Below are positions 52,662 to 64,000 of a stretch of DNA of 64,000 nt, in pieces (the stretch's first letter is position 1; each line of letters opens with the position of its first letter). The translations under genes and the position numbers were made by a program. The stretch is from Anthoceros angustus (lineage: Eukaryota; Plantae; Anthocerotophyta), in assembly GCA_010909165.1 (NCBI GenBank), contig MU008163.1:744001-808000 (forward strand). The letters are read 5' to 3'. Under the pieces are notes generated by a model, which searched no databases, was not told the origin of the DNA, and saw only the letters and a list, made by a program, of their open reading frames with translations.

Positions 52662-54925
52662 ACTCCTTTCTGCACCAAGACCTCAAAGCCTCGCTTGAAT
52701 CACCCCATCCACCCCATGCATAAGAATTATCCGGAACACATCGTGGTCTTCTCGTTGAAAGAGGTGATGATCTCTTTCAATTCTTCTTCAACGAAAGCCT
52801 TGTCATTCTCATGCCATGTAAACCTCGAGGAGGTCGCGAGAAAAGAAGAGTATACCTCCTCGGTGGCAAAAATCCTTTCATATCCAAAATGTCTCGATGC
52901 ACCACGATATGCCACTTTGTCCAAGACCTGCACTCAAACCGCCACCGCATCCATGTCCTTGTCGGCCATTTGTTTTCGCTCTTCTTCCATCCGTTTCGAT
53001 TCGCGCTATAAACAAAATCTTGGAAAGGTTTTGGCGCTTTCAAATCCTCAATGTCTCCCGCAAGCAACAATGCGGGTAAAACAACTCATTGGCAGGTGGA
53101 GTGCGCGGTCGGCCCGGCGCGCATGTCTTGCCCGGTCAGCGGCGCACTCCAATGAACGGCGGCGGCGAGCGCGGAGTCGCGGTGGCGGCGCCTCGCGTTC
53201 GCCTCTGGGGAAACAAACAAGAAGAGTCGCGGTCGGGCGCCTACCTAATCGCCGGTGACCGCCGCCTATGACACTCACTTACCACTTTAAAGTCGCTTGA
53301 ACTTCGCCAATTCCTTGGCTTCGGTATGTTTCGGAAACTGTTTGGCCACTTCAGCGAAGGTGGCACACTTCATAGCCTTTCGAAAGGCATGCTCGATAAG
53401 GTTAATCTTCTTCCTGTTGCCAACATCAGTGTCCATATCTTTCAGCTGCAGTTTCCCTTGGATGACCTTTTGGGTCACTGCTATCAACATCTCCTCACCC
53501 TTCTCGTCCTTTGGGACTCCTTGGAATGCTCTCCATGCCCTTCCGAGCATTGGAGCTGGACGAGGGGCCGCTAGGGACCGGCTGCTGGTCTTGTGGCTTC
53601 CGTTTGCTTTCGCCCGCCTGCCGCCCCGACTGCCGCTCGCCCGCCTGGGAGTTCGCACTTCTCCCACATTTGGAAAATGGTGTCCACGTTCTCCCACAAT
53701 TTACCCACCTCGCAATCCTCAGCGAGTCTTCCATCCACCATCTTACATACATAATCCATGTCCTTGGGTTTCCAGCCTCCTCCGGCATCCCCAAAGAACA
53801 TTGTACACATTGAACTTCCTTCATGGTTTTCCATCGGTGTGTCCGGTGCCAAATCTCAAGCTCATCATGTATGTAGCGTACTTGTTCAATAAAACCAAGC
53901 TTCTTCCTCTTCGCATACACATTGTGATCAATGCCAAAGACCGATTTCTTCCTCAAGCTCGCATATACATGGCCCTCGAGCCATTGAAATTTATCTTCCG
54001 CGGATACATTTCGAAGGTTCCGCATGGCGGCATAGCAATAGTTCCCTCGGCACCCCTAGGGTGTAATCTTTGAGCTCGATCTCCTCCGTGCATCTTCTTC
54101 TTCAAGCACCGTCCGGATCAATCATGCACAAAAGTGGGGCGTCCCTTCCTTCAGGACACATGCATCGAACAAGGCACTTCATCCATGCCTCATCCACCTT
54201 CCTTATCTGAGCATCTGCCGTTAGAAATGAAGCAGGACGTAGTACCGAAATGTGAATGTCGAATGTTGTGGTTTGCACCCGCTTCTTGTAGGCCCGAGTG
54301 CGAACCATCTCCAGATAGTCATCCTCCTGCGACAGGAGCTCCAGTCGTTCGGCATCAGTGGTCGCTGTCCGGGCAACGGCTTCCTCTTCTGCATGCTTCC
54401 TCGACTTCCTTGATTTTTTCCGCCCTCTGCCCACCTCTTCTCCATCACCAGCCTGAGATCTTGCCTTCCTCTTTCGCTTGATTGGTGTGCTCTGCATGGA
54501 AATCAAAACAAGATGCTTCAATTCTTACATGGGTTGGTGCGGAGGCGGGCTAGGAGCATTCTTACCAGCCATTCGCCTTCTCATCTTCATCGAGACTGGA
54601 GCTGGATTCCCTTCTTCTTCTTTCTGGCTGCCGCCGACGGGTCCTTTCTGACGAGGAGGGTCACCTCCTCCTCAAAAGCCTCAGTTCAAGACCGAGCTGG
54701 ACATGTTGCGAGCCATGGCGGCCTCGTCGAGCTCGCCTCCGCGCCGGACCACGAGGCGGAGCTCCTCCTCTTCCGGAGAGCTCGGCTCGGCTCGCCACCG
54801 GAACCTCGTCCTCCTCCATCTCCGGTTGCATAATCCGGGCATCGTTTCTCGCAGACACAACCCACCGCCCGCCTGATAGCGGCCGATGCTCGCACCGCCT
54901 CGCCCGATCACCGGTTCGATCACTA
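52662..54925 (-). pseudogene. N-terminal part of ParB-like + DNA amino-methyltransferase fusion gene (spliced)
   Basis: Basic NLS-like KRKRK/RKKSRKSRK; ParB-like IHISVLRP..QIRKVDEAW..L..GNY..AAMRNL..VYASL..GIDHN; MTase start HIVVHRDILDMKGFLPPRRYTLLF followed by a degenerate DPPY-like sequence (~52826-52838); GTAAG donors near 54565 and 53283. Confidence 0.7.
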
Positions 54926-54949
54926 CACTGTTCTCAGACCCTTGGAAGG

Positions 54950-56900
54950 AGTAGAACGCAAAATTGTTCTCCCCTGCTCATTTTAAAGAGGAAAACAATG
55001 AGTATACCAAGATGCGAAACCCTAGCGAAAATGGGAAGTGATACATTACAACGACTTACATCTTGAACACTTTTGGAATCACGCAAGGCCGATTTCAACT
55101 GGGCTCTAGACGAGGCATTATCTTGGCGCATCCATTATCGAGGAGATGTGTGTTGATGTCATCGTTTATGTGCAAATGAGGTTTCTTGGTGACCAAAAGC
55201 GTATGTGCATATCTTCGCCCATTCATCGCTGTAACATAGAATCCATCCGACTCTTGCACAGGAATCCCCTCAATACCATTGTAACCGTTAATCCATAAGG
55301 CCGAGTGGAATCCAAGGCGGACTGGATCTTGGGTTCTTCTTCAACAACGCTCCACTCTTATGCATGTTGTACCGCCGAAGAGAATCACGGAGCTTTTTCA
55401 CCAAAAGCCGCTCCACAAAGTTAAAAGCATGAGGAATCGCAGGATCGCATTTCCAGAGGTTGGTGCTCACCGGCCATCAATGTCTTCATATCCTCTCCGT
55501 TGAGTACCCTTTGAGGTGGACGTCCGGACACTACCATGAGAGGATTCTCTCAATTGCATAATAGCGGGTGGGGTTCTGTTACCACATTCGCGGGATGCAT
55601 CCCCTCATCCGTCGCGCCCTTGCGGCGATCCTGCTGCTCTTGCAACCGCCATCGCATTTTTCCGCGCTTCGATGCGTGGCGCGCCAACGCAGGGTCGATC
55701 TGCATGCTTATTGCTCCGTGGCGTCCTCGCGATCACCATCCGCAATCTTCAAAACCTCATGCGGGAAGTTGGCGGGAGGAAGTAAGAGAATTAGATCCGG
55801 ACTCTCGAACTCTTGATGAAAAGGAGAGGCTCGAGCTTGTGGAAATGAAATATGGATGTTGAAGCGCATCAACGGGATTACGATAAAGCCTTAACACTAG
55901 TTACGCTAAAAGCTCAAGTAGTAGTAGAGGTTCACAACACGGTCATCATTCATTTTAACCTCAAATGCCTAAAATAGGCCCATTACAAATTCGATGCATC
56001 CACCTCATCTTATGCCATCATTTTCTAAGGACGGGCTGCACTCTCATTCAAGGTCCATCAGAATCATACTATCACCATCGCCGCAACCGCAATTATAAAT
56101 CATCCAACACCACACGCACTACCTTATGTCACATGTCTATAATTGTGGGTGTGACTTTGATCTTGATTCAAAGTGCGTTCTTCCTCGCATGCAGGTAGCT
56201 CTTGAAAATTTGCCGATGTTGAAGCGGTGGAAGGAGTTCTTGAAGTCAAAGGACTTGGATGCTAGGAAGCGAGATTCCTCCCGATATGCAACACTCAAAG
56301 ACTGCGTCGTGGCGGAGCAGGAGCACTATTTCCATATTGACATTCCATCGTTTCACTCGAGATGTGTATCATTTGAACTACGGCCGAGGCATCAACGGTT
56401 CCACTGAAATGCCTATCAAGGTATTCAAGATGAAGAGGAGAACTAGATGAAGGTACGTCGTGCAAACTCGTGCGGAAATCGATTGCATTCAAAGGCTCTT
56501 GTGAACATGATTCCGGATGTGTGTTATCAGATCGCAGTGCACGGCCTCCACCACTTCCGCGATAAGCGCATCCATTCCAAAGACACCGCCTGCTTCAAGA
56601 TTGGATTCCATTCACGGAAGTCCTTCTCCGCCAGAGCCTCGTACATCCCGCCATCCGCAAGACTACTCCTCCGGGAAGTGCTCCACGGACGACACGAATC
56701 GGATATGGCCGCTTGGTTGGGGTGAATGCCAACTCGGTTTGCACCGGTTGTATCTAGAAGATACTGTTTCCTGTGGCCACGTTCGGTGGAACTGTTGTGG
56801 AGGAAGAGGACTCGGATAGCGGTGCATTTGAACATCCACCTGAAAGGCGTACATACAATTTGAAGCCCGGTCCGAATCATTTATCGAGCATGGCGGACCA
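54950..56900 (-). other. Degenerate coding-like region of unknown function inside the TIR element
   Basis: Protein-like fragments 56527-56880 and 55288-55470; no motif recognised. Confidence 0.35.
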
Positions 56901-57214
56901 CCACGTAGACGCTCAGACGGCAATCTAAAGTGCCCGAGATGAAATGTGAAGAGGTTTAGATTTTAAAAACTGTGGTAGACAATGCTTGAGGACAATAGGG
57001 AAGGCAACCTTTCGAGATTTGAGGTATCGGTTCCTTAGAATGTGCGGCGGGAGGCGGAGATGCACCTACAATCCCTTTTGATGTCGATTATGGGAGCGAT
57101 GGAAGGGTTAGGGTAGACTCGTTTCTTGTCGGACGAGGAAAAGTGTATTGTTGTAGAGGCCTTGAGCGTTTATTGTATCGGGTCTAGCAGAAGCGAAGCG
57201 AGCATCGGAACATT

Positions 57215-58900
57215 ATGGTCCGCCTTCATGTAAAAGGCGCATCGAATCAAGATGTCGCAACGGCGTGGATGAACCAACTGCTTATGCTTATTGCCGAGAG
57301 AATGCCAAACATTGAAGTGTATCACCTTCCGACTCTTACTCAAAAGGCGAGGTGTTTCAAGAATACAAGCAACATATTACAAGAAGATGGTTTCTCATTC
57401 CTACTTTTGTCGACTTTGGGCTCGCACTTCACAAGGTGAAAATTCAAGAGCAATCGGTTTGCCTTGTGCACAACCCGCGATTACCTCAAACGAAATATAA
57501 AGAGCGAGAAAAGCAGAGAAAAACAAGGTGAGGCTTGATGTGAAATTGGCACGGGATGGTCTGGCCTGCGTGGCGGCCACAATGGCGGCGACAATAGTCA
57601 CCAAGAGGCGAGTTTGTGAAGTCCACCGCGACTCAGATTTATGCGGTGTTCCTTCCGAGCGGCGCTTATTCCTCAACGTTGTTTGGGTGATTATTTTGCG
57701 AAGCATTTGAAGTCGATCCGAGGCGCATCATCAAGTCCGAGAGAGAAAATGCATCAAGCACGCGTGAAATGTTATGGAGACCCGGCAAAGTATATCGGGA
57801 TATCCATCGACGGATGGACCAACGAGACACCGCTTCCACATTTCACGCGTTTACCCAAGGACCCGTCGGATGTAGGTTTGATCGGCGTCCATGTTGTGGG
57901 GTGCATGATTTATAACTACACCATGTCGGAACTATCATGGCATACGGAACATCCGAACGATGCAAACCTCGACTATAGCCAATATCCAGATGTCATTTCA
58001 AATTACGAGGACTACTACCAAAGGTTCTTTATCTTCAACTCGACAACACGCACGGGAGAATAAGAATGCCGCTATTCGCTTACCGAATATGTTGGTAGAG
58101 CTTAAGGTTTTGAGAAGGTAAAAGTAGGATTCCTCACGGTTGGGCACACTCATGACCAGTTGACGGATGTTTTCGAGGTTTTCAATAGTGCTTGCGAAGG
58201 AAGCTTTACGCTTGCCCAAACCGACCGGTATTTTGGAGAATGCATATACGCCCAAACCAAAAATTATGGAGGTGAAAGAAGTTCCGGACTTCAAAGTTTG
58301 TGTGGCCAATACCTTATGGTAAAATGGCTATAAACAAAGTTGTCGGAAACAGTTGCACAATATATCTTTTCAAAGATCCAAAATAACCCGAGAAACGCGA
58401 GGTGAGCGCGGACTTATTCGTGATGAGGGGCAAACAATATTCCACGATGAATACCGGTCACCGGACGAGGGTTTGGAGTTTTGAATAATGTCCCATCTAC
58501 TCCTATTCAAGCTCGTTTGGTTCATTTGGAGGTCCAAGTAAAAAGCGGTTGCAGAGGGAGAGATCCCGAAGAAGTCTTGCAAAGAATGCGTGGGAAACTA
58601 GAGGAAAACTCGGGACCCATTTGGGCGCAGTGAGGATATTTGGTGGGAGGAATTGTGAGCAATCACCATCGTGGACAAGATAGCATGTGAGCATGCCGAG
58701 GAATTGAAGACCCCTTGGCAATGGTACGATAGAACACATAATGAAGAGTTGCATCGCCTGGTTGTACCAGGTGAGATTTTACAGATCCAATCGGCAAGTG
58801 CCCCGGACATGTATGTTGGAGCGCATCGACAGGATGATGCGCCAAGGCGAACAAGCTTGAACGGCGATGTGTTGGAGATACAAACAGTCACATGATTGCG
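57215..58900 (+). pseudogene. DDD-type transposase, Sola1-related / DUF7869-like, frameshifted
   Basis: ERMPN..YHLP; ISIDG-DQ..PLPHF; KVLYLQLDNTHG-ENKN (~58020-58068); GFLTVGHTHD-VD-MFSRFS (~58127-58185). Confidence 0.85.
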
Positions 58901-60049
58901 GTGCCTTGTGAGATGACAACGATAATCGACCATTCGGCTCGCAAAAGTTCTACAGTGGACTTCCAATGTGACGCCCATTCATTAAAGTCCATTGGTGGGT
59001 GACTAAATGCAGCGCATTTGAAGGTGTACCTAGAGGAGATGATTTTACGATCGCCACCAACGCTGGCATGTGGGGTCGCTCTCAGCGAGCATGAGGTTGC
59101 GGAAACACGTCGACAAATTGCTTCTTCGGACACATTCATCTTGGCATACGGGTTTTCTCTAACAAAATGAAGCAACTAAATGCAAGGACCAACCAATACG
59201 GAAAAACATGTACGTTTTGCGCTCTGCGGAGGAAGCTCCGGAACATATGGAAGGAAGGGACGTCATGGATGATGGCGTTGCGAGAAGATGTTGCATCAGG
59301 CGAGGACATTGAAACACTTGATGAACATGGTTCATGGAGTTGATTAGTTAGTTTTCGATTGACCATGGACTCCTACTAGTCTTTGGGTATGGGAAGGTAT
59401 GCGCCTGACCGCGACTTCAGGAGTGGATAGGTTGTGTGTTCCCCATGGACATAAACGGCTTAACCAAGTGCAGAGTATGGGCACACAAAATGACGGTACA
59501 ACACAGAATTTGCGATTATGTTCCAAATCAGCCAAAACCGTGTCTCTATTCTGATGGACCTTATTTTTTTAGGACAACACATGATAAGACCGGCCTGTAA
59601 GACAAATGTTCAAACGCATCCACCAGTTCCGGTCCCCACACTTTTTCTGAAGTTTTGGAGGAATGAATTCAAAGACAATAATTTTTTTGGCCACGTTCTT
59701 TTCCGGTCCTGTCGAAAAGTGGATGCCAAATTTCTTCAAAACCCGCAATAACGTACATGGTTTTCTGGGACATGCTTTTTTTTGGATATGATGATGGGAA
59801 AGTTTACTGCCTTTTGCCCAGCAGCCCATTTCAACGGAATCCGCCGATATTGCGCAGACTCTGTTCTAGATGGGTCGGCTGAAAGTCTCCTCCATAAGAG
59901 TCCAACCCATAGGTAGGATCCAGTGCCCGTCAAGGCATGGATCAAGGACCTCCATGTCCCCCCTGTGCCCCCTTGGCCATGGCCTGTTTGTCCTCCTCCT
60001 GGTCTTCTGTTGCCCCCTTCTTCCTTGCTGTGGCTCTGGTCTTGGAGCC

Positions 60050-60292
60050 TGTTACAGTTGTTGCTTCCTTAGCAACAAGGTCTGGAGTTGTTGCTTCCTT
60101 AACAACGGCTTCGGCGGTTGCTATCTTAGCAACAACCTCGGCTGTTGCTATCTCAGCAACAGGTACTTCAGTGGTTGCTTCCTTAGCAACCGGTGGGTCG
60201 GTTGCTACCTTAGCAACCTCCTGTGCCACGGTTGCTTCCTTAGCAACCGGCTGCTCCACTGTTGCTATCTCAGCAACAGGTTCTTCCATGGG
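60050..60292. repeat. Imperfect coding tandem repeat (gttgct[ta][ct]cttagcaac; PVAKEAT/PVAEIAT on minus strand)
   Basis: About 8 units of 30-33 bp. Confidence 0.85.
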
Positions 60293-60513
60293 AGCCTCTG
60301 CATCTTCCACGGTGGCTCTCCTTGCAGTCTTGGCCCTCTTGGCCTCCTTCCAGCCCTTCCTAGCCTCGTCCCTCTCCTCCTACTAGGCTCTAGTAGACTT
60401 TTCTTATTTCCTAACCTACTTCACATTCCAACTCCACACGATTCTCACAACTTAAACACAAAACAAAAAAAACACTCCTTTCGAGGGGGTCTGAGTACCC
60501 ATGTGGTCACCAC

Positions 60514-63500
60514 AATGACGAAGGGATCTTCCATGTCATGGAAGCATGTGATTTGATTGTGAAGTGTTGTCACTGCATTGGCAGTAGGAAAGGGCATGCT
60601 TTGGTGGTTGGGGCAACCTTTGCCTTTGTGTTTACGCCGATAGACCTCAATAGTCCTTTGGAGGTGCAAGTCTGTTGCGGCCTTTCCAGGTCGGATTTTC
60701 TCTTTAGTTAGCTTTGTTTAGCGCCATCAGATGGCACGTCCACATTTGTGCCCGTAACATGAAGGCACTGGGTGGTATTACATTTCAACATTTCTGTACA
60801 TCCCGGTGATCGTGGGTTTACATGTCTTTTCCAATAGCAAATCCGAGAAGGCACGGTGTGCAAATGAACCACCCCCACCTTCTCCCACATCCGGGTGTGC
60901 TAACGCTTTCTTTGGGCGTGTCAGACAAGCGTGAATGGCCTGTTTTGTGGTCACTTCGATATCGATACACCTTCCTTGTGTCCACAGCCATGAAACCGCT
61001 CATGTCTTCTTCCATAGACACTGGGTTTGAAGATACGTCACACAAAAATCACTTGATTTGGAGGACAAAGGCACAAAAGTCTGCTCCCTCGAAAGTCACG
61101 TCTAGAATCTATTCAACCTGGCCGAAAAACTGAACAGGTTGGTCTTCCATGTCAAAGGTCCCAAAAACCGAACTGTCCTAGGTGGAGCGGCGATGCAGGT
61201 CACCGGTTATGGTGCGGTAATGGTACCCCATTGTCTCCAAACCACTGTAACTATTGACCCGCTTACGCGGCCCGTTCACCATGGCCCGAATATCGTTGTA
61301 CTGTTCCAGGGATTGCCAATGGCCAGTTCGGACACCGGCTTCCAACCACGCGAGGAAAGTGGCCCGGTGCTGTCCCTCAGCATCAAACTCCATTCGAATC
61401 CCCTCCAAAGTTTCCGAGTGGAGCAGGAAATGCCAGTGCAAACGCTTTTGCTCCACGGGTGTTAGGGTTCTGGGTTGTGCTTTCCCGATGGGACGCTCTC
61501 CATCCCGGTCGATCGATGTGTGCTGGAACAAATGAGCCTGAGCCGGATTCCTTTCCGCCACGTAGTCCGTTGCATAAAACAAGCTCTCCATTGCCAAGTA
61601 CCCAGTGGCATACTTCCTTTGGGCCGAGCTTTCTGGCAGATTGATTGCTTCAAGACATTCATATGCCGCTCGATAGGGTACATCCATCGAACATACACCG
61701 TGCCGTGCGTGGCAACTTCATCTAGCAGGTGGATAAAGAGGTGCTACATCGGATTCCAAAACACGGAAGGGTAATACCGCTCCAAGGCCACCATTGTATC
61801 CACAACCTGAGCCCGCATTGCAGGGATTTCTGTGGGCTTGATTGCCTTCTACAAATCCACAAGTAGATGGAGCTCAGCTGTATGAAGGCTTTGTACTCCG
61901 GGCCTCTCAAACGGTGGCGTAGTGCAATAGGAAAATAAAATTGGAGGAGCAAGTGCCAGTCGTGACTCTTCAGCCCTGTGACTGTTGCCCCACCAAAGCA
62001 GGTTGCAAGGTTGGACCCAGATGCCGTTGGTGGTTTGATGTTGCATAGCTCCACTTTCACGGCCTGTAAGTCATTTTTGCTCAATGTGTATGACGCAGGG
62101 GGGAGGTGGGCCTCCCCTGCGTCATCCATAACAGGCCACAGCCACGGCTTGGAGTGCACATTCATAAGGTCAATCCTTGCATTGTGGGTGTCCTATTTGC
62201 CACTCCATATGTTCCAAAAAGCCTGGCAGTTGTTAACTTCCGTGTGCATCATGTCTTTCAGCCACAGCTTCGGAATAGCTAGCAAGTAGGGCAGCATTTG
62301 AACGAAAGCCGAGCGGCGCCTGACACCCCATGACATTGCAGCCGCCCGCTCACTTGGGGTCGCATTTTCCCAAGCATCCATCTCGTCAATGATGTCCTGC
62401 ACGGTTCGGGAAGGGGCGCCGGCCGCATATCCCTTGCATTGTTGAAAAACTCACGGTGGTCATGCCGCTTGCTATCGTGGATGGCAGGGCACCATCTGCG
62501 GTGCCCATCGCAAATGACTTTATCCAAAGCCTGCGACCATCTAGCTTCCAAAAGCCCCCCGTAGTCCACACAACAACGATAGCCTCTCACTTGCAAGCCG
62601 AAAAGCGCTCCGAGTCCAGGGTAGTCACATGTCGCGTGCAGCACGGCAGCCCTCAGGATGAAAAAGTGTCCCGGGTCAGACACGGCTTTGGAATGATCAG
62701 CGCATGGGACACCCACCCACAAGGTCGCCAGCTCCTCCAACAAAGGTTGGAGATACACATCCATATTCTTCACCTGTTTCGGCCCCGGAATGATTAAAGG
62801 CATAAGAATCCGCTGCTTCTTTGTCGTGAGCCATGGAGGAAGATTGTGGATGAAAATGAGAGGCCAAATGGAGTATGAGGAAGAACGATGGCCGCTTGGA
62901 TTGAAGCCGTCTGTAGAGATACCGAGGCGAAGATTTACATCTTCGGGCCTGCACCCACTATCAAAATGAGCGGGTGTGTCGGCCATTATCTGCACTTGAC
63001 CATCAGTGCTCCTATGGTCCTTCCACCATATCAGTTTACGTGCTGTTGAAGAGCACGCATACATTTGGCGGAGGCGATCCGCCAGCGGGAAATAAAACAT
63101 TGTCTTCCGCGAAATAGGTTGCCCAGTGGCACCCTCGCGATATTTGGGCTCACCGCAAACGTGGCAAGAGGTCTGGCGGGTTTGAAGGGTTTGGCGGCTT
63201 CCTCCTCCAAATTGGATTGTCCCTCTTGCGAAGCACTGGCTATGAAGTCTTGCATCAACCTGTGCAAGCGCTCCACCTCGGAACCCAGTACCCGCCCGCC
63301 GTTGGGTATGTCTGACAAAGGTACTTCATCCACGGACTCCGGGGCCGCAAACGCACAAGCCCCAACCGGAGGGGCGGTGAGGGGCTCACCGCCACTCACC
63401 GGAGGGGCGGTGAGGGGCTCACCGGAGGGGCGGTGAGGGGCTCACCGGAGGGGCGGTGAGGGGCTCACCGGAGGGGCGGTGAGGGGCCCGGACACAAGCC

Positions 63501-63830
63501 CCAACCCCGCCCATCGGTTGTGGATGCACATAGGCATGGATGGTCTGATCTACCTGGATGTCTGCCGGGTGTGCCTGTGACAAGCAAACAACATTGTTAG
63601 TGAGCTCCCAAGATTTGCCTACGCGAGCAATGCCAAGGTGCTTGCACAACCTGGACATATTGCCTCACCTCGGCAAGTAGGCGCGCCCATGAACGGACGT
63701 GACAGTCTGCGACGTCCGCGTGGATGGGGCGTGTGCTTCCTTCGCAACCAGGGCAATTGCAGAGGACCCGAGGTATTTGACGGTTGGTGTAAGGAGGATC
63801 CATAGCATCTCACCCGATGCCTAGCTATGG
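60514..63830 (-). mobile_element. CACTA/En-Spm transposase (Tnp2, DUF4218, DUF4216 regions), degenerate
   Basis: YFPLADRLRQMY; LGISTDGFNP; NLPPW; IIPGPKQVKNMDVYLQPLLEEL; GLKSHDWH; RWMYPIER; FFGQVE..GFMAVD; N-terminal CNCPGC. Confidence 0.95.
63365..63487. repeat. 23-bp tandem repeat (accggaggggcggtgaggggctc) x5
   Basis: Directly visible inside the CACTA coding region. Confidence 0.92.
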
Positions 63831-64000
63831 CGGAAATGGCATCCAGCGTCTTTGCGAGTAAAAGGGGAGTTCACAGGCGGTAGGAGAGTCCCGCTCACGG
63901 CTAAGGCCGCCCCGGGAGGCGTTGGGTCATGGGGTTTGTGAATGGATGCCGTTGGAGGCAACAATGGGCCGTTGGGAATGCTGTCAAGGCCATCCCCTCC

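Larger units (their letters stand above)
38924..59865. mobile_element. TIR DNA transposon carrying a transposase and a ParB-DNA methyltransferase gene
   Basis: TIRs aacagagtccgcgcaatatcagcggattc (38924-38952) and reverse complement at 59837-59865 (27/29 identical, extending to ttgaaa); CTAG flanks at 38920-38923 and 59866-59869. Confidence 0.9.

Noticed and set aside
52623-54073. Plus-strand ORFs of 211 and 258 aa
   Set aside because: Shadow frames of the minus-strand ParB-MTase gene.
38924-59865. Bacterial or phage contamination as the source of the MTase
   Set aside because: The gene sits inside eukaryotic TIRs, has splice-donor and NLS-like signals, and is interrupted by a plant Gypsy element with a TSD.
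59870-60556. Cys-rich 228-aa plus-strand ORF
   Set aside because: Antisense reading of a minus-strand A/E/T/V tandem repeat.

Overview
Eukaryotic, plant-lineage DNA: spliced genes, a plant-type ADC, a CYP85-clan P450 and thaumatins; a non-seed plant or streptophyte alga is likely but unproven. Frequent 1-2 bp deletions look like an unpolished long-read consensus, so many frameshifts may be artefacts. The first ~16 kb is a small gene island: two convergent thaumatin-like genes, a 9-exon CYP85-clan P450, and an arginine decarboxylase pseudogene with three extra copies of its 5' part. The rest is a deep transposon nest: a pogo-like remnant between long inverted repeats, a CRE-like LINE, a CACTA element (TIR at 23205, Tnp2 at 60.5-63.8 kb), Copia remnants, a diverged Gypsy LTR interrupted by a Sola2-like element, and a three-LTR Athila-like Gypsy. 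The main finding is a TIR-bounded DNA transposon at 38924-59865 (CTAG or TA target duplication; ~8.3 kb once the Gypsy insertion is removed). It carries a Sola1/DUF7869-type transposase and a divergently oriented, apparently spliced gene for a ParB-like domain fused to a beta-class N6-adenine/N4-cytosine DNA methyltransferase. That gene is invisible in the ORF track because the Gypsy element splits the methyltransferase domain. Domain calls come from motifs read by eye, not database searches.
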